A DNA stretch of 64,000 nt, from NCBI RefSeq assembly GCF_009914755.1, contig NC_060940.1; one strand, given 5' to 3'. The stretch is from the human T2T-CHM13v2.0 reference genome, Homo sapiens. A model generated the notes under the pieces. That model was given only the letters and a program-made list of their open reading frames with translations, ran no database searches and was not told the DNA's origin. The position numbers and the translations under genes were made by a program. How positions within the stretch are numbered: position 1 is the first letter of the stretch; every line of letters begins with the position of its first letter. Of the stretch, positions 15,170-37,226 are shown piece after piece.

Positions 15170-16480
15170 AAACATCTGAATACATGTGTGTGAACATATG
15201 ATTTTAATCCTTTGTAGGACATACTTAGGAGTGAGAGTTCTAGGTCATGGATTAAGGACATGTTTAATTGTATAGGAAACTGTAAATGATTTTCCCAGAA
15301 ACTGTTTCATTTTGCATTCCCACTAGCAATATATTAGTCTCTAGGGTGACTGACTTCTTCACCGACGCTGATATTGTCAGTATTTCTTCTTTATTTTTTG
15401 TCTTTCTAGGAAGTCTATGGTAGTGTCTCCTTTTGGTCTTGATTTGCAGTTCTCTAGTGGAAAATCACATTCATATGCTGGTGTGTCATCTGTACATCTT
15501 CGAGGTTTGCCGGTTCATATTATAATTACATTGGTAGATATATGACTTGCAAATATTTTCTCCTTTGCAGCTTGTCCTTAATTTTCTTGATAGTCACTTG
15601 AGTAGAAAATGTTTTAAAATTTGAAGTTCAACTAACGTTATTTTCATTTATTGGTCACAATTTTAATTTTCAGTATTGTTGATCAACTGTTACTAATCAT
15701 GTTTTAATTATATTTGTTTTTATTTTATATGTATAAATTTGTGGGGAGTGACTGCAATTTTGTTACATATATATATTGCATAGTAGTCTTGGCTTTAATG
15801 TATCCATGATCCAAATAATGTACATTGTACCCATTAAGTAATTTCTCACCATTCTCCCACCTTCTGCTCTCCCATCTTTCTGAGTCTCCAGTGTCCATCA
15901 TTCCTTTCTCTATGTCCCTGTGCACATATGAGTTAGCTCTCATTTATAAGTGAGAACATGTGGTGTGTGATGTTCTGTTTCTCAATTATTATACTTAAAA
16001 TAATGATGAATTCCATCCATGTAGCTGCAAAAGATATGATTGCATTCCTTCATATGGCTGGATAGTATTTAAATGTATATATATGTAACATTTTCTTTAT
16101 AAAATTATCTGTTGTTAGGCATAGGTTAATTCCTAAGTTTGATGACTGGGCTATTATGAATAGTTCTGCAAGAAAACAAAAGTCGGCTTATCATTCTGAT
16201 ATAATGATTTATTTTTCCTTTAGGTAGTTATTTGTGGTTATCGAATCAAAGTAGTTCTACTTTTACTTCTTTGAAAAATCTCCATACTGTTTTCCATAGA
16301 GGCTGTGCTAATCTACATCCTCACCACAAGTGTCCGAGCGTTCCTTTTGCCTTCAATCCTCACCAATACCTGTTATTTTTGGCTCTTTAATAGTAGCCAT
16401 TCTGACTGGTTTAAGAAATATCATTGCAGTTTTAATTTGCATCTCCCTGATAATTAGTGCTGTTTAGCATTGTTTACTTA
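15170..16480 (-). mobile_element. L1M/L1MA 3'-end fragments
   Basis: ctctcatttataagtgagaacatgtggtgtgtgatgttctg and tagccattctgactgg match the reversed L1 3' end. Confidence 0.75.
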
Positions 16481-16984
16481 TTTATCATCCAGCATTTTCC
16501 CATGTATATCAATACATCAACTGGTGTACCTTAAATACATACAATTTTATTTGTCAACTTTAGCTCCATAAAGCTGAAAATGTAACTCAGTCTTATAATA
16601 AAAAAATGCATACTTATATTTCTATGTATTTTATCAATATGTGAGAATATAAACAGAAAAACTTGTACGAAAATAGTTATAACAGTTTGTTTATAATATT
16701 TATGTTGGAAAGAAATTTAAATTTCATCAACAGGAAAACAAATATACATATTGTCATTATTTCACATAATAAACTGATTTATTTACTTAATAAACTGTCA
16801 TTTACTGATGTTATGGATTGATTCAGATATGAAATATTCATATGTGTATTAGTACGTACATATGTATATATATGATGACAAAACCTTGAGACATGAAATT
16901 ACATAAATAAACCTAAAAAATAGCAAAAATAAGTTCAAAACAGAAAAAATTAACCTATAGTGACAAAAATTAGAACATTTTTCT

Positions 16985-19900
16985 ATTTGCATTTTTCTGA
17001 TGGTTAGTGATGATGAGAATCTTTTAAAATATTGCTGGCCACCTGTAAGTCTTCTTTTCAGAAGTGTCTGTTCTTGTTATTTGCCCATTTATTAATGGGG
17101 TTATTTGTCTTTGGATTCTTGATTTGTTTAAGTTTCCTATACATTCTTGATATGGTTTGATTGTGTCCCCACACAAATCTTATCATGAATTGTTGCTCCC
17201 ATAATTACCATGTGTTGTGGGAGGGACCCCGTGGGAGATAATTGAATCATGGTGGGGGGGTCTTTCCCATGCTATTCTCATGATAGTGAATTAGTCTCAT
17301 GAGATCTGGTGATTTGATAAAGGGGAGTTTCCCTGCATGAGTTCTCCTCTCTTGCTGATGATTTTATAAAGGGGAGTTTCCCTGCATGTCCTCTCTTCTC
17401 TTGTATGCCACCATGTGATATGTGCCTTTCACATTCTGCCATGATTTCGAGGCTTCCCCAGCAACGTGGAAGTGTGAGTCTATTAAACCTCTTTCTCTTG
17501 TAAATGCCCAGTCTCAGGTAAGTCTTTATCAGCAGCATGAAAAGCAACTAATACAGTAAATTGGTATCAGTTGAGTGAAGTGCTACTGATAAGATACTCA
17601 AAAACATAAAAGCGAATTTGGAACTGGAAAACACACTGAGGATGAAACAGTTTGGAGGGCTCAGAAGAAGACAGAAAAAAATGTGTGAAAGTTTGAAACT
17701 CTCTAGAGATTTGTTGAATGGCTTTGGCCAAAATGCTGATAATGATGTGAACAATAAAATCCAGGCTGAGGTGGCCTCAGATGGAGACGAGGAACTTGTT
17801 GGGAACTGGAGCAAAGTTGACTCTAGTTAGGCTTTAGCAAAGATACTGGTGGCATTTTGCCTCTGCCTTAGAGATTTGTGGAACTTTGAGCTTGAGAGAG
17901 ATGATACCAGGTATCTGGCAGTAAAAAATTCTAAGCAACAAAGTATTCAAGGTGTGACTTGGGTGCTGTTAAACACACTCAGTTTTAAAGGAGGTAGAAC
18001 ATAAAAGTTCAGAAAATTTGCAGCCCGACAATGCAATAGAAAATAAAATCCCATTTTCTTAGGATAAATTCAAGCCAGCTGCGTAAATTTACATAAGTAA
18101 TGAGGACCCAAATGTTGGTCACCAAGACAATGCAGAAAATGTTCCAGGGCATGTCAGAGACTTTTGTGGAAGGTTCTCCCATCGTAAGCCAGAGACCTAG
18201 GAGGAAAAAATGGTTTCATGGGCTGGGCTCAGGGTCCCTCTGCTATGTGCAGTCTAGGGACCCGGTTCCTTGCATCGGAGCTGCTCCAGCCATGATTAAA
18301 AGGGGCCAAGGTACATACAACTCAGGCTGTGGCTTCAAGGGGTGAAAGCCCCAAGCCTTAGCATCTTCCATTTGGTGTTGAGCCTGCAGGTGCACACAAG
18401 TCAAGAATTGAGGTTTAATAACCTCTGCCCAGATTTCGGAGGATGTATGTAAATGCCTGGATGTCCAGACAGAAGGTGGCTGCAGGGAGGGGCCCACATG
18501 GGAAACTCTGTTAGGGGCAGCGAGGAAAGAAAATGTGGGGTGTGTGCTTTCACACAGAGTCCCCACTGGTGCATTGCCTAGTGAAGCTATGATTAGAAGG
18601 CCACAGTTATTCAGACCCCAGAATAGTAGATCCACCAACAGCTTGCACCATGCACCTAGAAAAGCCATGGACACTCAGAGCAAGCCAGTGAAAGCAGCTG
18701 GGTGAAAGACTGTACCCTGCAAAGCCAGAGGCATATAGCTGCCCAAGACCATGGGAACCCAACACTTACATCAGCATGACCTGGATGTGAGACATGGAGT
18801 CAAAATAGATCTTTTTTGAGCTTTAAGATTTGACTGTCCCACTGGATTTTGGACTTGTACAGGGCCTTTAGCCCCTTTGCTTTGGCCAATTTCTGCCATT
18901 TGGAATTGCTCTATTTACCCAATACCTGTACTCCCATTGTGTCTAGGAAGTAACTAACTTACTTTTGATTTTACAGGCTCATAGGCAGAAGGGACTTGCC
19001 TTGTCTCAGATGAGGCCTTGGAATGTGGACATTTCAGTTAATGCTGAAATAAGTTAAGAATTTGGGACTGTTGGGAAGGCATGATCCATTTTGAAATGTG
19101 TGTACATGAGATTTAGGAGGAGCCAGGGGCAGAATGATATGATTTGACTGTGTCCCCACCCAATTCTCATCTTAATTGGAGCTTCAGTAATTTCCTAATA
19201 TTGTGGAATAAACCCCCTGTGAGATAATTAAATCGTGGGGGCGGGTCTTTCCCATGCTATTCTCTTGAGAGTGAATGTCTCATAATATCTGATAGTTTTA
19301 TAAAGGGGGATTTTCCTGCACAAGTTCTCTTTTCTTGTCTGCTGCCATATGGGACGTGCCTTTCACATTCCACCATGACTGTGAGGCCTCTCTAGCCTTG
19401 TGGAACTGTGGATCAAACCTCTTCTTCTTCTTTTATGATAAATTGCCTAATATCGGGTATGTCTTTATTAGCAGCATGAAAACCAACTAATACAATTCTG
19501 GATATTAGGGCATTGTTGGATGCAACATTTGTGAATAACTTCCCACAATCTGTAGGTTGTCTGCTCACTATGCTGATAGTTTTGTTTGTTTGTTTGTTTG
19601 GTTGGTTGGTTAGCTGGTTGGTTTGCTGCATAGTAACTCTTTAGCAAATTAGTCTCTCCTTATCTATTTTTGTTTTTGTTGCAATTGCTTTTGGATACTT
19701 AGCCAAAAAGTATTTGTCAAAGCTGGTGTTGAGAAGAGTATTTTCATGTTGTCTTCAAGGATTTTTATAGTTTGATGTCTTACATTTAAATCTTTTATCA
19801 ATTTTGAGTTAATTTTTATATATGTTGAAAGCAGACATCCAGTTTGAATCTTTGTCATATGGCTAGCTAGTTGTCCCAGTACCATTTATGGAACAGGGAA

Positions 19901-20622
19901 TTCCTTTCTCATTTCTTGCTTTTTTGTCAGCCTTATCAAATATCATATGGTTGTAGGTGTGCAGCCTCACACCACTCAAATTTTTATCACTAAAAAGTCA
20001 AAAACCAGTGGATACTGATGGGGCTGTGGTGAAAAGAAAACACTTACACACTGTTAATGGGAATATAAATTAGTCCACCCACTTTGGAAAGCAGACTGGA
20101 GATTTCTCAAAGAACTTAAAACAGAGATATTATATGAACCAGCTATCCTTCTACATGGTATACACTACAAGGTAAACAAATAATTCTACCAAAGAGACAC
20201 ATGTGTGTGTATGTTTATTGCTGTGTTATTCACAGTGGCAAAGACAAAGATCAGCCCAGATGCACATCGATGGTAGAGTGGATATATAAAATGTGGTATA
20301 TGTAAAATGTATAATACTACACAGCCATAAAAAAGAATGAAATCATGTCCTTTGCAGCAAAACAAATGGAGCTGGAGTTCTTAATCCTAAACAAATTAAT
20401 TCAGGAAAAGAAAACTGAACACCACATATTCTCCTAAGTGGCACCTCAGCATTGAGCACACATGGATAAATATGGGAGCAACAGACACTGTGGACTGCTA
20501 GACAGTGGAGGGAGAGGGTGATGAAATCTGTATTCCAAACCTCAGCATCACCCAATAATCCCATGTAACAAATCCACACATGAACCCTCTGTTTCTAAAT
20601 TATAAAGTTGAAATAAAAAAAA
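16985..20622. mobile_element. 5'-inverted L1 (minus 16985-19965, plus 19966-20622 with A-tail), interrupted by THE1A
   Basis: Minus part starts atttgcatttttctgatggttagtgatgatgag. Plus part starts ctcacaccactc...aaaaagtcaaaaa and ends aaagttgaaataaaaaaaa. Confidence 0.65.
17148..19494 (+). mobile_element. Full-length THE1A MaLR element (5' LTR 17148-17555, internal, 3' LTR 19135-19494)
   Basis: Two TGATATG...CTAATACA LTRs around ~1.6 kb internal sequence. Perfect 5-bp TSD ATTCT at 17143-17147 and 19495-19499. Confidence 0.92.
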
Positions 20623-20984
20623 TACTTATGGGAGAACTAACTTGAAGCACTGAAGAGGACACTTTGTGGGGAGATGGACCTGTTCCTCACCCTCACTTAG
20701 CTGCTGTAGACAAGTATGTGCACATTTGCCTGGAACCCTCTAACTGTACCTGGAAAATCTGTGCATTTTGTATATGCTAATTTTATCTCACAAAAATGGA
20801 AAATAGACAATTGTAGAAAAATATTTTATATTAAAATTAAAATCTTAAAATAAATATGAAAATTCAAATACAAAATGAGAATGTGATTGTTACAATAATT
20901 ATTAATGTGCATTCAGCTATATCTACTAGAATAAAATCACAGAAATAAGAAAGATAAATGTAACATCTGAAAATAAAAAAATTA

Positions 20985-21005
20985 ATGAACACACCGAAGA
21001 CACCT
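20985..21005. other. Segmental-duplication junction (IGH-derived | 17q12-derived)
   Basis: Abrupt switch from AT-rich aataaaaaaattaatgaacacac to GC-rich cgaagacacctgggacccacagg. Alu content goes from about one full copy in 21 kb to dozens. Confidence 0.75.
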
Positions 21006-23225
21006 GGGACCCACAGGTGGGGTGACTTGACCTTCAGTCATCCTCTTGGTGATTTGAGGGTTTTCCCAGGAAACGATGAGACATAGTTTTTCAATGGGGC
21101 TCTGGTGACCCTGGTGAGATGTCTGAAGGTCCCCGAGGCCTGACCATCCAGCCAGCGCCCCTGGCCTCTGGACGCCCTGCCTGCCCTGCAGAGGCGGTTG
21201 GCAGTGCCACCTGGCTTTTGGCCGGGTCCTGGGGAGGCAGAGAGAGGCCAATTTTGGTTCTCACTCCTGGCCCCCCAGAGGGCACAGTGAGGAGCCAGTA
21301 GGGAGAGGATAGGAGAAGAGGAGGAGGAGCGGTGTCCCCGGCAGCAGGATTCCCACTTGGAGCACAAAGTGAAGCAAGCACAGGGGAGGGGGACTAGAAT
21401 CAGTCCCCCACAGCAAGCACAGAAAGGAGGAGCTGCGCAGAAGGCAGAGCCCCCCAGCCCCTGGGGCCTGGCTGGGGAAGGTCCGCACTTAGGGAGAGCT
21501 GGGAGCTGTTGAAGGTTTGGGGGGAGGGGAAACGGGTTGTGTTTCTTCATTTCTTTTTTTGTTTTTGACTTTGTTGGTTCATCCTTATTTTCTAGCTTTG
21601 GATCATTTTTGTACCAAGGCGAGCAAGCCTTTTTGAAAAATAACAAAAGAGGAAAAAAAAAATCCCTCCTGGAAAAAAAAAAAAACCCTGGAAAATAGAA
21701 AAAAAAAAAGGACCTCATAAATGATGCAATTACTTTTAATTGCAGGCAACTCTTTACATTTAAGTGAAGTGTCTTAACATTTTATACGGTTTTAAAAATA
21801 TATTTACATATTCTATATATAATATACGTAATATAAATATATATAAATATTTAAAAAAGAAAAAAGTAAACCACGGCACTCTTCCTGGCCACTGTTTTGG
21901 TGGGGGAGGGGGGCTGGGGGGGGCGGGCACGTCTGCCTGGCTTCTGTGGTCCCAGTGAAATGGTCTGGTTTGATTTGGCTGTACAGAGATCCCCTGACTT
22001 GGGAGGGGAGGGGGGAGTGGTGCCCCCTCCTCCCTCCACTCCATTACTCTCTGCTTGCTACTTCGCTTGCCCCCAGCTCCCACCCTCAGCCCTGTGACTG
22101 GAATGTGTGCCCCACCGTCATTGTCCTGAGTTGAATGTCCCTTTGTGGGGGAGGTGGGGGGGTAGTGTCCATCCACGAAGGAGCAGAAGGAGGGAGCCAC
22201 GGGCCCTGCCCCAACCGCTCGGGGGAAGCCCAGTGGGATTTGCATCTTTCTTTCCCTTTGGTTCCTGCACATTTATGGGCTGGGAGGCATCCGTGTGGAA
22301 TTGCGTGCAGCCTGTGTGTGTGCTGGCACAAGCCCATGCACTGTGTGTGCAGACGCATGGCGCCTGCACCCACAGGCATGGCCGAGCACATGTGTGGGGG
22401 AAGGTGTGGGCACATAGGTGCATGTAACCTGTTTGCGCATTGGCACGTGCCTACCTGCATGTGAGCGTGAGAGGAGCTTTGTGTGTGAGAACATGTGTAA
22501 TGTGTGTGCAGACATGCCGAGCGCCAGAGACTTGTGTGTGGGCCACGTACATGTGGACAGAGACGCATACATGGAGGTGCATGTAATCTGTGTCTCCGTG
22601 TGTGTGCACGTATGTGTGCTGGTGCAGACCCAGGTGTGTGGGTGTGCCTCTGTGTGCGTGTGTTCCATCATCCCTGCACCACTGGCTCCAGATCTCTTCC
22701 TGAGCCCCCGTCCCCACTGGCCCTCTCACAGCCTGCAACACATCAGTGCCCCCAGCTGCATGCGCCTCGCTGCTCTGTCCATCAGTGTGTGCTTGACCAA
22801 GAGAAAACTAAGACGTCTCGGGGGGCCCCTGTACCTGGTCCTCTCAGCCCCCGCCCACTGTGCTGTGTTACTTGCATGGGGGATTTCCTGCCCCTTCCAC
22901 AATATGCTGTTTCCCCCAGGAGCCTCAGGCCTGAGGCTCGGAGTGGGGTCCCCAGAGGGCCCCCTGGGGTGAGCCCCGGCTCCACACCCTGCCCCATCCA
23001 CCCTGTAGGGCCCATGTTGGTGTAGCGGTGATGGCTTCTGTGGATATTCTATGACCTCTGTCGGTGTAACTTGACAATTTCTAAATGGAAAAGGGTTGCT
23101 GTGTTTTCTCTGTCTCTTTTTTTAATGTCCTTTTTTCTTCTCCCCACCTCCCTGCTCTCTTTCCTTTTCAGTTTTTCTAGCCAAGTGTTTGGGGCTTTAA
23201 TAAAACTTGTTTCTTTTTCCTCTCC
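20995..23225 (+). pseudogene. Duplicated terminal 3'UTR fragment, probably of SRCIN1
   Basis: Repeat-free 3'UTR-like composition (A/U tracts, UG-rich block) ending in AATAAA plus a U-rich element. It is convergent with the ARHGAP23 exons, matching the tail-to-tail ARHGAP23/SRCIN1 arrangement on 17q12. Identity is inferred from synteny. Confidence 0.65.
23199..23204 (+). terminator. Polyadenylation signal AATAAA
   Basis: ggggctttAATAAAacttgtttctttttcc at the end of the UTR-like block. Confidence 0.65.
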
Positions 23226-23344
23226 TGGATCTCCTTCCTATAGGCTGATGTCTCATTATTTCTCTGCTTCACTCTGGAGGATCTGGAAGGTGCTGGGATG
23301 GGTGGGGTGGCAGGTGGGGAATCCCTGGCAGCCACTGGCCTTCA

Positions 23345-23603
<259 letters not shown>

Positions 23604-25447
23604 CTAACCCTCACAACCATCGGTGAGGTAGCTACCGGTACTACCTACTCAGGCAAGTGACAAAGCTCAGAGATGTTGGGCATCTTACCCAGAGTCATAC
23701 AATTGGTAGGTTGTAGACAAACCAGTAAGTTTGAATCCAGCTCTGCCTGACACCAAAGCCCATGGTTACCCTAAAACCAAGCAGGGCTGATGACCTCCAG
23801 CAGTCCCCTGAATTGGGTCTCAGCCTCCTGCCCTTTGAGTGAGATGACCCTTGGTGGGGGTCCACCAATCTTTTCTTTCTTTTCTTTTTTTTCTTTTTTT
23901 TAGACGGGGTCTCCCTCTGTCACCCAGGCTGGAGTGCATGAGTACAGCTCACTATAGCCTCAACTTCCCTGGGCTCAGGTAATCGTCCCATCTCAGCCTC
24001 CCAAGTAGCTGGGACTACAGGTGCCTGCCACCACACCTGGCTACATTTTTTTGTATTTTTTGTAGAGACGAGGTTTCGCCATGTTACCCAGGCTGGTCTC
24101 GAACTCCTGAGCTCAAGTGATCTGCCCACCTCGGCCTTCCAAAGTGCTGGGATTACAGGCGTGAACCACCGAGCCCGGCCACACCCATCTTTTCTAGATG
24201 CAGCAGCTTTCAAACCCGTAAAGTGGTAACAATACAAAATGCATTTGACACCTCTGTGCTTTAGGTATGTACAGACATGTGCACAAACAGCCACAGCAAA
24301 GCAGCACCTGCTACACAGAGCACCATGGTGTATGCCACGGGTCCTGATTGGGTTTTACAGGCTTTCCCGGAATTCTGAAGGCTGTGCCACTGTTCCAGCC
24401 TGTTCTAAGAGTCCCCGAGTCTGCCTTCCAGCTGTTCTGCATGACTGAGGGCTGGCATGTTACCGAATCTCTTCTCCCCCCTCAGCATCACTTCACTTCC
24501 ATCCCTGAAGGTAGTGACCGTGTCCTGGAGCCACAATCTTCCAGTCATCACAGGGGCCCCAGTTGCAGTTTCTTCTCCTAAAGACCTCTTTGGAGACAGA
24601 GGGCAGCAACCTGCCTACTGTCTGCAGGGAATGCCCCTCCATGAGTCACCCACCCACCAAAGCCCAGCAACCCTTGAGACTCACAGAAAGCCAGTCCCCA
24701 GCCTGCCCGTAGCCCATCCCTATGTCCTTTTTAGAATGTCAGCAGATCTTGCCTTCTCTCTGCCATCCTATTCCCCAAAAACTGGGAGAGGAGCCAAAAA
24801 AAACCCTCTCCCAGAATCACTGCACTCATGACAGTTCAAGATCAAGTAACAAACGGAACCATCCGCTGCACACCTGGAAGGAGGCCAGCACTCATTCAGC
24901 CGCCAGATGCCTATCCAGGATGCACTCCCTGTGAGGCACTGCTCATCCACTCCTTGGGGCTGGGGCTCTGTCTGGCAGGGGAGCTGCCAGGACAGCCAGC
25001 AGACAGAACACAGACACCCGAGCTCAACCAAGGCAGGTGCTGGGAGCACACAGGGAAAAGGCCAGTGACAGGTGTGGTGGGGAGTAGCAGGGTTGGTCAC
25101 ATTTGAGAGGAGACCTTGTGGGTGGGTGAGGAGTGGGCTTTGGGGGTGCTGGTGGCTGAGGGTCCCAGGCACAAGGCCCTGGGTGGGACGTAACCAGTGG
25201 GTTCTGGAAAATGAAGGAAATCCAAGAAGAGTGAGGAGGGGAAAGTGCAGTGTGGTGGGCAGAAGACACCTCATGTGAGGCCTTATGGGCTGTGGTAAGG
25301 AAGGTGCCATGGAAAACAATAGGAGGGTTTAAAGTAAGAAAGTGTCATGAACTGACATGTTGTTTCAGAAGTTGTCTCAGAGTGGGCTGGGCGTGGTGGC
25401 TCACGCCTGTAATCCCAGCACTTAGGGAGGCCGAGGTGGGCAGATCA

Positions 25448-25627
<180 letters not shown>

Positions 25628-26016
25628 TCACTCCAGCCTGGGTGACAAGAATGAGACTCCGTCTCAAAAAAAAAAAAAAAGAAGTTAATCAGAGTGGCAT
25701 GCACCTGCAGTTCCAGCTACTGGGGAGGCTGAGGTGGGAGGATTGCTTGAGGCCAGGAGTTCGAAGTTTCAGTGAGCTATGATGGCATCACTGCACTCCA
25801 GTGTGGGTGACCGAGGGACACCCTGTCTCAAATACAATACTGCCTACTGTCTGCAGGGAAGGCCCCTCCATGAGTCACCCACCCACCAAAGCCTAGCAAA
25901 CCTTGAGACTTTCAGAAAGCCAGTCCCCAGCCCTGTCTCAAAAATGAAAAATAGGCCTGGCGCGGTGGCTCACACCTGTAATCCCAGCACTTTGGGAGGC
26001 AGAGGCGGGCGGATCA

Positions 26017-26307
<291 letters not shown>

Positions 26308-27080
26308 TTATGATACTAATTGCTACAATTTATGAAGAGTCCGTTAATCTTCTAACAACCCAGACAATAGATATTATTACCTCTGTGCTATCAGTGGGGA
26401 AGGCTGACTCTGGCCAAGATTTGAGTGCGATCTGACTGCCTTCAGAGCTCAGGTTCCTGATGGAGAGGAGGCAGGCGCTACTTGACGTGTAGTGGTCGGG
26501 GAAGCCCTCAGCTTCTCTCCTTCACTGTATGCACATCCTCTCTGGGCCCCCCTGGGCATTTTCAGACTGTTTGATCATTGAGTGGCTTAAGTGGTCCCTG
26601 AGCTCAGAGTGACAGAGCACCATCCACAGGATGGGGACCTGGGGCTAGTGGCATCTGTGCCCCTTAACTGAGAACAGGCTTCCTCGAAGCTCACTGGTGC
26701 TGACTGGCTGATACCACTCATAATGGCACACCTGGCAGGGGGATCCCTCCATCCCCTCCCCTTTGTCATTGTTCCAGAAATCTTCACTCAAAATCTCAGC
26801 CTCTGCTTTAGTTCAGGGTGACAATCATGCTGCCTCTCTGTGTCCATACTAGAAGGGCAGGAAAAAATCTCTATTCCTTTCACCTAAGCCCTCATAGATT
26901 TGGAGTTTTCCCAAAGAAATGTTTCCTGCCGGGCGTGGTGGCTCACGCCTGTAATCCCAGCACTTTGGGAGGCCGAGGCAGGTGGATCACGAGGTCAGGG
27001 GTTCGAGACCAGCCTGACCAACATGGTGAAACCCCGTCTCTACTAATAATACAAAAATTAGCCGGGCGTGGTGGCAGTCA

Positions 27081-27223
<143 letters not shown>

Positions 27224-27335
27224 CTATGAAATATATCAAACCCCACTGGAGGCCGGGCGCAGTGCCTCATGCCTGTAATCCCAGCACTTTGGGAGGCCAA
27301 GGCGGGTGGATCACGAGGTCAAGAGATCGAGACTA

Positions 27336-27530
<195 letters not shown>

Positions 27531-27890
27531 TCAAAAAAAAAAAAAACCCACTGGATAGGCAGAGCAAGTTTTACTGTATTTTATTTACCCTATTTTATTT
27601 GTTTGAGACAAGGTCTTGCTTTGTCACCCACACTGGAGTGCAGTGGCGCCATCATAACTCACTGCAACCTCAAACTCCTGGGCACAAGCGATCCTCTGGC
27701 CTCAGCCTTTTGAGTAGCTGGGACTACAGCTGCAAGTCACAACCCCTGGCTAATTTTTCAATTTTTGCAGAGACAGAGTTACCAAGGCTTATTTTGAACT
27801 CCTAGACTCAAGTGATCCTCCTGCCTTGGTCTCCCAGAGTGTTGGGATTACAGGCGTGAGCCAGCAAGCCTGGCCTAGAGCAAGTTTTAG

Positions 27891-28338
<448 letters not shown>

Positions 28339-28464
28339 TAGAATGCAGTGGTACTATCTTGGCTCACTGCAGCCTCGACCTCCTGGATTCAAGCAGACTT
28401 CCCACTTCAGCCTCCAGAGTAGCTAGGACTACAGGTATGTGCAACCATGCCTGGTCAATTTTAG

Positions 28465-37226
<8,762 letters not shown>

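Noticed and set aside
17618-18674. ORFs in the THE1 internal region
   Set aside because: Fragments of the decayed MaLR internal ORF, with multiple stops and frameshifts.
21038-23025. Long ORFs (226, 170, 184 and 173 aa) in the GC-rich block
   Set aside because: Low-complexity translations of poly-A/T and TG-rich UTR sequence on both strands, with no domain or splice structure.
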